Assembly (NCBI GenBank): GCA_963674745.2
Contig: CAXXDV010000001.1
Location: 1,216,001 to 1,280,000, forward strand
Source of the DNA: Desulfosudaceae bacterium
Lineage (GTDB): Bacteria; Desulfobacterota; Desulfobacteria; Desulfobacterales; Desulfosudaceae
Length of the DNA: 64,000 nucleotides
Direction: 5' to 3'
Part shown: positions 37,661 through 45,800 of the stretch, piece after piece
Layout: each line of letters opens with the position of its first letter
Position numbering within the stretch: position 1 is the first letter of the stretch
Position numbers and translations under genes: made by a program
The notes under the pieces: generated by a model
Databases searched by the model: none
The model's input: the letters and a program-made list of their open reading frames with translations, nothing else
Told to the model about the DNA's origin: nothing

Positions 37661-39376
37661 ATGAAAAACTTTGTTCATCTTCACGTACATACAGAATACA
37701 GCCTTTTGGATGGAATTATCCGTCTGAAGTCCCTTGCCCAACGCGCTGTTGAATATGGCATGCATTCTGTGGCCATCACAGATCATGGTACCATGTTCGG
37801 AGTTGTACCTTTTTACCAAGCAATGGTTGAAGCCGGAGTAAAACCCATTATCGGGTGTGAATTTTACCTGGCGCCAAGAACGATAGCCGATAAAACCCCG
37901 CAGGATCACGAAGGCCTTTCTCATCTGGTCCTGCTGGCGGAAAATATGAAGGGGTATCATAATCTCTGTCGTCTGGCGACGATTGCTGCGACAAAGGGGT
38001 TTTATCGCAAACCCCGAATTGACAGAGAACTGCTGCGTCAACACAGCTCTGGCCTCATCGCTTTGTCCGCCTGCATGAAAGGAGCGGTGCCTCAGTTGCT
38101 GATGCAGGGAAGAACCAATGAAGCAAATGCCGCGGCCCAGACTTTCTCAAACATCTTTGGAGAAGATCATTTTTTTCTGGAGGTGCAGAACAACGGCATC
38201 CCGGAGCAAAAGGAGTTAAACCGAGCCCTCTTGGAAATGAGCCAACGGCTTTTTATTCCCCTGGTTGGGACCAATGACTGTCATTATCTTGATGCCGACG
38301 ACTGGCGCGTACACGAAATTTTTCTTTGTATTCAAGCAGGTATAACCAGCTATTACACGGACAGACTGAATTTTGATATTAATCAACTCAACTTCAAGCC
38401 CGTACAGGAGATGCTTGATTTTTGTAAGAATTTTCCTGGTGCTTCTGAAAATACTATTGATATCGCCCGGCGATGCAATGTCGAACTTGAGCATAAATCT
38501 CTTCACTTTCCACAATTTGACCCCCCTGCAGGAAAAACGGCGGATTCTTTTTTTGAAGAAAAAGTATCGGCCGGTTTTGAACAACGAATGGAGGCGATCT
38601 GGAAAAACAATTCGCAAGCTACTGACGGCCGGAAAAAATTAATTCGATATCTGGTTGGAAAAGATGGCAAAAAGACCGATGGTGAAGTTTATTTTGTCCA
38701 TGTTGCTACATTAGGCTCTATGAAAAAGGAAACCGTTATCCAGAAGGTTGGTCGTCTTATGGGCATATCTCAGGACAAAATTGACGAAATGATTAGTCTG
38801 ATATCAGACGCTGGGAAACTGGAGGGCAGGTATCAAAACGAGTCAACTCTGAAAGAAATGATCGAATCAAGCCCGGAGCTTTATCAGCTATTCGCTTTCA
38901 GTAGAAGACTTGTAGGCATTCCATGTCATGTCGCAAAAAGCGATGCCTATGTTGTCATATCATCTAATCCTCTGAATCAAGCCATTCCGCTATGCCGGTT
39001 AAATAATAACATTATTATTACTCAGTATAACAAGTGGTCTATCGAGACTTTTTTGAAGGGGTCAACAATACCTGATATTTCCAACATCCGTCTTCTTTCA
39101 TTTCAATATATTAATAAAAAAATAGTCATTGACGGAATTATTACAAAAATTTATCGAAAAAAAACTAAAAAGAACAAAACCATGGCCATTCTTGAGCTCG
39201 ATGTTTCGTGGGGCAATATAAAGGTTCTCATTTTCCCAAAAGTTTACGAATCGTCAAAAACACTCTTAAACGAAGAAGGAGAAGCGATTCTTGTGGAGGG
39301 CCGAGTAGAAACCGACGAAACACCTGCATTAATCGCGGAAAGGCTAACGCGAGTAAATGCCTTAGACCCTACTTAA
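37661..39376 (+). CDS. DnaE-derived protein: intact PHP domain + thumb-region fragment + OB fold, polymerase catalytic core absent
   Basis: HLHVHTEYSLLDG, AITDHG, GCE, TNDCHY; no GRGS or PDIDxDF; C-terminal KTKKNKTMAILELDVSWGNIKVLIFPKVY OB fold; only 571 aa. Confidence 0.85.
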   Translation: MKNFVHLHVHTEYSLLDGIIRLKSLAQRAVEYGMHSVAITDHGTMFGVVPFYQAMVEAGVKPIIGCEFYLAPRTIADKTPQDHEGLSHLVLLAENMKGYHNLCRLATIAATKGFYRKPRIDRELLRQHSSGLIALSACMKGAVPQLLMQGRTNEANAAAQTFSNIFGEDHFFLEVQNNGIPEQKELNRALLEMSQRLFIPLVGTNDCHYLDADDWRVHEIFLCIQAGITSYYTDRLNFDINQLNFKPVQEMLDFCKNFPGASENTIDIARRCNVELEHKSLHFPQFDPPAGKTADSFFEEKVSAGFEQRMEAIWKNNSQATDGRKKLIRYLVGKDGKKTDGEVYFVHVATLGSMKKETVIQKVGRLMGISQDKIDEMISLISDAGKLEGRYQNESTLKEMIESSPELYQLFAFSRRLVGIPCHVAKSDAYVVISSNPLNQAIPLCRLNNNIIITQYNKWSIETFLKGSTIPDISNIRLLSFQYINKKIVIDGIITKIYRKKTKKNKTMAILELDVSWGNIKVLIFPKVYESSKTLLNEEGEAILVEGRVETDETPALIAERLTRVNALDPT

Positions 39377-39394
39377 AATTGATATCCAGCCCTC

Positions 39395-39856
39395 TCATTC
39401 ATAATAGTTGTATTTTGCGATTTTCATGGCTGTTTCAGTAAATAAATATTTCGGATCCGGTATAATGCCGAGCCTGTCAAGATCAAGCCTGTCAGAATCC
39501 CAGCATGCCTTGATTGTCAGGTCATTGGTTTCACAATCATAGGTGTGATGCCGGCAGGCAAAGATAAGCCGTTCCACATCAGACTCGTCAAGGCCCAACG
39601 CCTTCTTTGAAAACGTCTTTATGTATTTTGCCGCTCTTGGGCCATGTTCCGGATCTGACCCGTCAGAAAGCCTCTGACAATCATGAAAATATGCAAAAAG
39701 AGTGATTATTTTCTCATTAACGTCTTCATGTTTTGCAATGGAATGCCCATAATCAGCAACTCGTTCCCAATGCCTATACCCGTGGACAGAGTGTGCGGGA
39801 ACTGGCGTTTCAGCCTTTATACGATAAATTATCTTCTTCATACTCATTATTAACAC
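39395..39856 (-). CDS. HD-domain phosphohydrolase
   Basis: HGYRHWERV, AYFHD, HGPRAA, HH, CWDSDRLDL. Confidence 0.9.
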   Translation of the reverse strand: MLIMSMKKIIYRIKAETPVPAHSVHGYRHWERVADYGHSIAKHEDVNEKIITLFAYFHDCQRLSDGSDPEHGPRAAKYIKTFSKKALGLDESDVERLIFACRHHTYDCETNDLTIKACWDSDRLDLDRLGIIPDPKYLFTETAMKIAKYNYYE

Positions 39857-40032
39857 ACGGTTAGGGGAAATCTACCTAAACAGCAGGCTTAGTCTCTTGA
39901 TATGTATAACATATACTTTTCAATGCTAGAATCAATAGGTGAACAATCTAACAAAAATATAAAATCTGAGTTCAATTAGAATTGAAGTCTTGATCAAGCA
40001 GCGCATGATAATTTATATAATTTCTTATAATT

Positions 40033-40608
40033 ATGAACCAGATACCTACCATAAAAACACATCGCCTGACCCTCCGGCCGTTTACACTTGAAGACGCACC
40101 TGAACTTCAGCGTCTGGCCGGAGACCGGGCCATTGCCGATACCACCCAAAGCATACCGCACCCATACGAAGACGGCATGGCCGAAAAGTGGATTTCCAGT
40201 CATTTTGAAACATTTAATCAGGGGAAAGGTGTGGATTTTGCTATAACCAGAAATTCAGACAAAGCACTTGTTGGAGCAATCAGCCTCATGCACATAATAA
40301 AAGGTCATCAGGCAACTTTGGGTTATTGGATCGGCAAACCATACTGGAGCAAGGGCTTTTGCACTGAAGCGGCCCATGCTGTTTTAAATTTTGCGTTTAC
40401 AAAGTTTAGGATGATTCGTGTTCATGCCAGTCACATTACCCGGAACCCGGCTTCAGGCAGGGTAATGCAGAAACTGGGCTTGCGCCATGAAGGCTGTCAG
40501 CGTCAGCAGATCCGGAAGTGGGGTAAATTTGAGGATCTGGAATTGTACGGCATTTTGGAAGAGGAGTGGCGGAAAGGGCCTAGTGAACCGTTTAGCGGGT
40601 CCTCTTAA
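40033..40608 (+). CDS. GNAT N-acetyltransferase (RimJ/RimL type)
   Basis: THRLTLRPF, LGYWIGKPYWSKGFCTEA, NPASGRVMQKLG. Confidence 0.93.
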   Translation: MNQIPTIKTHRLTLRPFTLEDAPELQRLAGDRAIADTTQSIPHPYEDGMAEKWISSHFETFNQGKGVDFAITRNSDKALVGAISLMHIIKGHQATLGYWIGKPYWSKGFCTEAAHAVLNFAFTKFRMIRVHASHITRNPASGRVMQKLGLRHEGCQRQQIRKWGKFEDLELYGILEEEWRKGPSEPFSGSS

Positions 40609-40747
40609 AAACAGGAGGCCAAAACGCCGAAATAAGCCGATAGAAAGTCGAAAAAACACGAAAAACTTAGCATATTATAAAAGCGTATGTTGAAGCTGAT
40701 AAAGAATAGTCGGAAAAAATCGGGAGCCCTTATTCTGGCAATCGAAT

Positions 40748-40779
40748 AAAAAAGGGGGGTTTTACCCCCCCCCTTTTTT
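40748..40779. terminator. Bidirectional terminator
   Basis: AAAAAAGGGGGG...CCCCCCTTTTTT inverted repeat between convergent genes. Confidence 0.75.
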
Positions 40780-40790
40780 GTAAAACGATT

Positions 40791-41273
40791 TTACAGAAAG
40801 CAAAGTTGCGCTAGCTCGAAATAATTCATGATGAATTGGTAATCACTGATAAGATCTTGATAGGTTATTGAATTCGGACATATCAATGACAAAAACGCAA
40901 CTCCCGAATTATCCTCTTGATAATGCATGTAAAGGGTCGTTACCTCTGAGGAAGGCAGCTCATCTTCCCCGGAAATCATTATGTCGCCCCACATATCGGC
41001 CAGGACATCTACTTTGTCAATTTCTTGCATGTAGACTAAAAAATCTATCACATGGCCACCAATGTCAGTGCTACAGAGCGTAAAAAGGGCCCTACGAATA
41101 CCATCCTCATCAATAAAGATGTCCACACAGGGGGCATTTCGGTCTTTCGATTCTGTCAGAAAAAAACGATAACCCCATTCCTTGTCAAAAATTACCTGTT
41201 GGTCAAAAGATTCAATAGATATTCTTCCACAAATAAACTCATCTTCATCCAGTAGGTACAAATTTTTTTTCAT
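40791..41273 (-). CDS. Hypothetical acidic protein
   Basis: AAGGAG RBS before MKKNLY start; ~160-aa ORF ending at the terminator. Confidence 0.65.
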   Translation of the reverse strand: MKKNLYLLDEDEFICGRISIESFDQQVIFDKEWGYRFFLTESKDRNAPCVDIFIDEDGIRRALFTLCSTDIGGHVIDFLVYMQEIDKVDVLADMWGDIMISGEDELPSSEVTTLYMHYQEDNSGVAFLSLICPNSITYQDLISDYQFIMNYFELAQLCFL

Positions 41274-41825
41274 AAACCGTCTCCTTGAATTAAAATACAT
41301 TTTAATTTTAATTGGTTATTAAAAACTTTAGGCCTTATAACAGAAACCACCCCCTTTCCTAGAGGAGAGGTGCGTGAAGATCCCCAGCCGTCTTTGGAGA
41401 ACACCGCGACCGAAGCAGGTGAGACTATATCTGGTTGCTGTAGTCGGGTGGAGTTCAGGGTGGGTATAATGGTGCGATGCGTTTTGTTTTGCCTGAAAAC
41501 TAAACAAGAAAAACGGTAACATGCTGATACAAAACAAAAAAATCGTCTCACACTCCATGAGCGCACCACTCCTTTCAGTAGTGCCTCAAGAACGAGTAGT
41601 AAGGCGATTTTTTATCGTCTGACAAGCAGTTCTCGTAGCTAAATTAAAAATAATTACGGTCGGAAATTATGCAAGACCAAAAGGCATTTTTTTCGTTACG
41701 TGCCGTTACGTACGAAATTACAATAATATTATCGTAGCACCCTGTTCGAGAAACCCGCGTTCATTCAGAAATCTGCAAAATCGCCCCTATAAGGATCGAC
41801 TTTTTAGCCGGATCTGGGTGCCAGG

Positions 41826-42018
41826 TGTCGGGTTTCTGTGTGTGAATTGTGTGTGAAAGTTTTTCCAAAATAAGCAAAAACGTGGAAAATTGACAAAAAC
41901 ATAGAATTTAAAAACCCAATATTTTCAGCTTCCTAATAAAAAATGAGGAGGTTAGGAAACCCGGGGGTCTTGACTGGCAGTCATGAGGTCAGGGGTTCGA
42001 TCCCCCTCAGCTCCACCA
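41826..42018 (+). repeat. att arm + tRNA-Ala(GGC) 3' half, copy 1 (right junction of the large island)
   Basis: TGTGTGTGAA at 41837 and 41848; TGACTGGCAGTCATGAGGTCAGGGGTTCGATCCCCCTCAGCTCCACCA at 41971-42018; homologous to 44885-45076; no tRNA 5' half. Confidence 0.9.
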
Positions 42019-42037
42019 AAATTCTACAATGATGAGG

Positions 42038-42076
42038 AAGGGTTAACCGAAACGGCGGTTAGCCCTTTTTCTTTTT
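42038..42076 (+). terminator. Rho-independent terminator after tRNA fragment 1
   Basis: AAGGGTTAACCG-aaacgg-CGGTTAGCCCTT followed by T-run. Confidence 0.8.
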
Positions 42077-42220
42077 GTTCACTGGCTGTGTGTGAAAAAC
42101 AATTCGGTTCATGTTACGAAGTAAGAATCCGGATTTTACTTGTTTGTCTGAAGTTGATCATTTATAAATTAAAAAATTATATCCAGATGTTTCTCCTTCA
42201 AGCTCTTGGATTGGTGCACT

Positions 42221-42601
42221 GTGAAACGACGACTACAGGCCATTGGGGGATTGCTTCTATTTGTGGCGGGAACGTTGCTTATCCCTGCCATGCACAAATG
42301 GGAGCTGTCCTGTAGCCACGCCGGAACGACGGGAGGCGCCTTTCATGCGTGCTGCTCCCACGCGCATTCGTCTGATCGCAGAACGCACGGCCATTCGCGA
42401 GATTCCCATCCGGCTAAGAAACACCACGATCCGTCCACCTGCCCGATCTGTCAGATTGCGAAGATGCCGGCCAATATGCCGGCGGTTGGGGTTCCCGTGC
42501 CGCGGTTCGAGCCCGTCAAGATCGTTTTTCCGGTTGCGCCACGGCAACCGGCGTTTAAAACACCACGCCTGCTGCCCTTCTTCCGCGGGCCTCCTGCCTG
42601 A
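42221..42601 (+). CDS. DUF2946-like His-rich leader protein with CxxC and C-terminal RGPP motif
   Basis: Hydrophobic N-terminus, His-rich linker, CPIC, ends RGPPA; lies directly upstream of a TonB receptor; start uncertain. Confidence 0.75.
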   Translation: MKRRLQAIGGLLLFVAGTLLIPAMHKWELSCSHAGTTGGAFHACCSHAHSSDRRTHGHSRDSHPAKKHHDPSTCPICQIAKMPANMPAVGVPVPRFEPVKIVFPVAPRQPAFKTPRLLPFFRGPPA

Positions 42602-42708
42602 TTCTGCACCACACATAATTACATTCATGCGCCCTACACACGTTGTGCCTTGTTGAGGTATGTGCATGGGTTGTTCCCCAACAGAATCACTTACAGGAGT
42701 TCGTTCCG

Positions 42709-44733
42709 ATGAAGATAATATTCGTGTTTATTGCAGCTACACTATGCTGCGCATCGTTTGTTTTTGCCGAAGAACCCATCTCGCTTACGGAAATCGTGGT
42801 GACGCCGACCGGGAGCGAAAAAGAAAAATTCGATACGTCGCTGCCCGTGAACCTGTTGGAAATCAGCGACCTGGAAGATATGATCGCCATCTCAATGGGC
42901 GAAATCTTTCAGAACGAGCCCGGCGTAGATGCTGTCACCACCGGTCCGGGAAGCGTTCATCCCATGATCCGGGGGCTCTATGGAGAGCAGGTGCTGGTGC
43001 TCGTCAATGGCGTGCGCCTGTCTGAACAGCGCCCCGGAGGCAATCATGTGTTTTCTATCGACCCCGCCCAGGTTGAACGCGTCGAAGTGGTCCGTGGCCC
43101 GGCGTCGGTGCTCTACGGCTCCGATGCCATCGCCGGCGTGATCAACTATATCACGAAGCAGGCCGACGAGGAGACCACACCTGAAGCCCGTTTCGGGGGC
43201 GAAGCCGATGTGCAGTATGAGGGCGCGACGGACGGGTGGAAGGAGTCGGCGCACCTGCGTTTTGGCCAGGGCCGGTTCAACGGTTATGTCGGCGGGACCT
43301 ACAAGGACACGGGCGACATCGAGACCCCGGAAGGTGAACTTGCGAATAGCTTCTACGACGGCTATACGGTCTGGGGCGGCGGCAATTACATTGCTGACGG
43401 ATGGAAAACGTATGCCGATTATTCGTTCATGGAAGCGGACATCGCCATACCCGGCCCCGCTGCTTTTGCCGAAGACTATTTCAAAGGAGAAAAGCATCAG
43501 CGGCTGGCGCTCGGCTTTGAAAACAACGCGTTCGGCAGTGCCCCCGAGCGATATAGCATCGATTTCGGCTGGCAGCGGCATAACCGGCATCGCTACCGCC
43601 GCAAGACCGATGCGATTCCCCCTGTCGTGCAGGGCGACCTGGAAGTCAATATCTGGCTCGACATCGACACCTACACGTTAAAGCCGCAGATGGTTCTGGT
43701 TCCCGACGACACGCACTGGATAACGTTCGGGCTGGATCTGTTTTATGAAGACGCTTCATCAGACCGCACGATAAGGGACAGCGCTTCTTCGTGGGTTAAT
43801 CCGGGGTTCGACGACGTTCCTGTCATCCCCGACTCGACCCGCATGAGGATGGGTGCGTTTGTTCAGGACGAAATCGTGATAAGCGACCGCTGGGTCCTCT
43901 CGCCCGGGATCCGTGTTGACCGGATTGAGGCCAAGACGGACGGGCATCCGCGTCACCAGTTGACCGGAAAGGAGGACTCCGGGAGCAGTGCCGTGAGCGG
44001 AAATCTCGGCCTGCTTTACAAGGTAAGTAACGAGATCAACCTTTACGGCAATGTGGGTCGGGCCTTCCGTGCGCCGACCCTGTTGGAGCTGTACTTCTAC
44101 GGGCCCCATGATGTGGGCAACGACATCGGCGACCCGGACCTCGATCCCGAAACGAGCTGGAACTTCGATGTCGGCCTGAAAACCCGGACCGAACGGCTGC
44201 AAACAATGGTCAGCGTTTTCTTCAACATGGTCGACGACTATATCGTCAAAGAGAACCAGGGCGATGGAAACTACCGCTACATGAACTACGCCGAGGTCTC
44301 ACTTTACGGTGCGGAAGCAGGCCTGGAATACGAGCTGGGCGGCGGCTTCTCGACATTTGCCTCTGTTTCGTACGTGCGCGGAGAGAATGACGATACGAAA
44401 GAGGATCTTCCCGGCATTCCGCCGTTGAAAGGCCGTTACGGTGTGCGATACGATGTTGCGTTTGGCGCACAGAACGGCCTCTGGGTTGAGTTGGCCGGAC
44501 TGACCGCATCGGACCAGGACAAGACCGGCCCGAACGAACGCGAGACCGACGGCTACACACGCGGCGACCTGCGCATGGGGGTCGATCTTGGCGAGACATG
44601 GCGTTTTGTTGCAGCCGTCGAGAACTTCACCGACAGACTGTACGAGAATCACCTTTCTTCGTCCTGGCAGGAATTCGGGTTGAACGATCAGCCGGGCAGG
44701 AACATAAAGGTGATGGCCAAAGCGCGATTTTGA
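42709..44733 (+). CDS. TonB-dependent outer-membrane receptor
   Basis: Signal peptide, TonB box EIVVT, IRG, VERVEVVRGPASVLYGSDAIAGVIN, FRAPTLLEL, LDPETS, terminal F; AGGAG RBS. Confidence 0.95.
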   Translation: MKIIFVFIAATLCCASFVFAEEPISLTEIVVTPTGSEKEKFDTSLPVNLLEISDLEDMIAISMGEIFQNEPGVDAVTTGPGSVHPMIRGLYGEQVLVLVNGVRLSEQRPGGNHVFSIDPAQVERVEVVRGPASVLYGSDAIAGVINYITKQADEETTPEARFGGEADVQYEGATDGWKESAHLRFGQGRFNGYVGGTYKDTGDIETPEGELANSFYDGYTVWGGGNYIADGWKTYADYSFMEADIAIPGPAAFAEDYFKGEKHQRLALGFENNAFGSAPERYSIDFGWQRHNRHRYRRKTDAIPPVVQGDLEVNIWLDIDTYTLKPQMVLVPDDTHWITFGLDLFYEDASSDRTIRDSASSWVNPGFDDVPVIPDSTRMRMGAFVQDEIVISDRWVLSPGIRVDRIEAKTDGHPRHQLTGKEDSGSSAVSGNLGLLYKVSNEINLYGNVGRAFRAPTLLELYFYGPHDVGNDIGDPDLDPETSWNFDVGLKTRTERLQTMVSVFFNMVDDYIVKENQGDGNYRYMNYAEVSLYGAEAGLEYELGGGFSTFASVSYVRGENDDTKEDLPGIPPLKGRYGVRYDVAFGAQNGLWVELAGLTASDQDKTGPNERETDGYTRGDLRMGVDLGETWRFVAAVENFTDRLYENHLSSSWQEFGLNDQPGRNIKVMAKARF

Positions 44734-44884
44734 AGTCGAGAAGGATGGGGGGGCGGACAACACCTGAACCGTACACGTGGAGGCCTGCGGACATGGCCTC
44801 CACCGTCCGGTCCGGGTGAACGTATTAAATTTTAAGGTCCTGAATAGAGATCAAAACAAGAACAAGGATCTGAAGGCTTCAGAA

Positions 44885-45076
44885 GTCAGGTTTCTGTGTG
44901 TGAATCATGTGTGAAAATTTTTCCAAAATAAGCTAAAACGTGGAAAATCGACCAAAATGTGAGATTTAAAAATCTTATAAATTCCGTTTCCTACAAACAA
45001 TTGAGGGGGTCAGGAAACCCGGGGGTCCAGCCTGGCAGCCATGAGGTCAGGGGTTCGATCCCCCTCAGCTCCACCA
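44885..45076 (+). repeat. att arm + tRNA-Ala(GGC) 3' half, copy 2 (junction with core chromosome)
   Basis: TGTGTGTGAA 44895 and TGTGTGAA 44908; CTGGCAGCCATGAGGTCAGGGGTTCGATCCCCCTCAGCTCCACCA at 45032-45076. Confidence 0.9.
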
Positions 45077-45087
45077 GAAGTAAATTC

Positions 45088-45120
45088 GCCCGCCTGTCTT
45101 TCAGGCGGGCTTTTTTATTT
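45088..45120 (+). terminator. Rho-independent terminator (probably that of the host tRNA gene)
   Basis: GCCCGCCTG-tcttt-CAGGCGGGC followed by TTTTTT. Confidence 0.88.
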
Positions 45121-45154
45121 GATATCCGTTTGCTGGTAAGTTAAAGTTCAGTTT

Positions 45155-45577
45155 ATGAAACGAATCTGTGTCATTGACGGACAGGGCGGCGGCATCGGGG
45201 CCGCCATTATCAAGCGGTTAAAATCCGCCTTTGGCGAACGTGTGGAAATCATCGCCCTGGGCACCAATGCCATTGCCACGGCACAGATGCTCAAAGCCAA
45301 GGCCAACCGCGGGGCGTCCGGCGAAAACGCCATTACCAGAACCATAGCCGATGCAGACATTATCGTCGGCCCGAGCGGCATTGTCATGGCCCATGCCCTG
45401 ATGGGCGAAGTCACGCCGGCCATTGCCGAAGCCATATCCGGATGCCGGGCAAAAAAACTGCTGATACCCCTGTCCCAGGAAAACATGGAAATCGTCGGCA
45501 TGACCCAGGATCCCCTGCCCCATCTGCTGGACGCCATGGTGGAAATACATTTAAAAGATATTGATCGCAAGGAGTAG
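45155..45577 (+). CDS. DUF3842-family protein
   Basis: VIDGQGGGIG, ALGTNAIAT, GASGENAI. Confidence 0.85.
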   Translation: MKRICVIDGQGGGIGAAIIKRLKSAFGERVEIIALGTNAIATAQMLKAKANRGASGENAITRTIADADIIVGPSGIVMAHALMGEVTPAIAEAISGCRAKKLLIPLSQENMEIVGMTQDPLPHLLDAMVEIHLKDIDRKE

Positions 45578-45582
45578 TTATC

Positions 45583-45780
45583 ATGTGTGAAGCAAACGCC
45601 TATTTAAAAAAAGAGGCCGGTGACGAACTGGTGATGGAATCGGTTGATCTGGTAGAACCGGATGAAGACGGTGACGGCATTAAGCTGATCAGCATTTTTG
45701 GTGAGCAAAAATTCTTAAAAGCCCACATTCATGCCCTTTCACTGGTCGACCACAAGGTGTATTTAAAAGAAAACGTTTAA
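45583..45780 (+). CDS. CooT-family small nickel-binding protein
   Basis: MCEANAY start, IFGEQK, LVDHKV; AAGGAG RBS. Confidence 0.8.
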   Translation: MCEANAYLKKEAGDELVMESVDLVEPDEDGDGIKLISIFGEQKFLKAHIHALSLVDHKVYLKENV

Positions 45781-45800
45781 ACCGAACCGCCGACTCATTA

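Larger units (their letters stand above)
1..42018. mobile_element. Right part of a large genomic island/ICE-like element integrated at tRNA-Ala(GGC); left end and integrase outside the window
   Basis: Ends in a tRNA-Ala 3' fragment (41971-42018); carries UvrD, DUF932, RadC/JAB, an IS66 remnant and compositionally heterogeneous cargo; housekeeping genes only start after 45150. Confidence 0.8.
42019..45076. mobile_element. ~3-kb integrase-less mini-island between two tRNA-Ala 3' fragments
   Basis: Flanked by direct tRNA 3' repeats; TGTGTGTGAA boxes at both ends (42087, 44895); visibly GC-richer cargo. Confidence 0.75.

Noticed and set aside
37661..39376. Functional DNA polymerase III alpha (dnaE)
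   Set aside because: About half the normal length and lacks the catalytic aspartate motifs
41940..42018. Intact tRNA-Ala gene
   Set aside because: Only the anticodon loop to CCA is present; upstream sequence forms neither the D-arm nor the acceptor 5' strand, so it is an att remnant
45000..45076. Second intact tRNA-Ala gene
   Set aside because: 5' half is replaced by the att arm, as in copy 1
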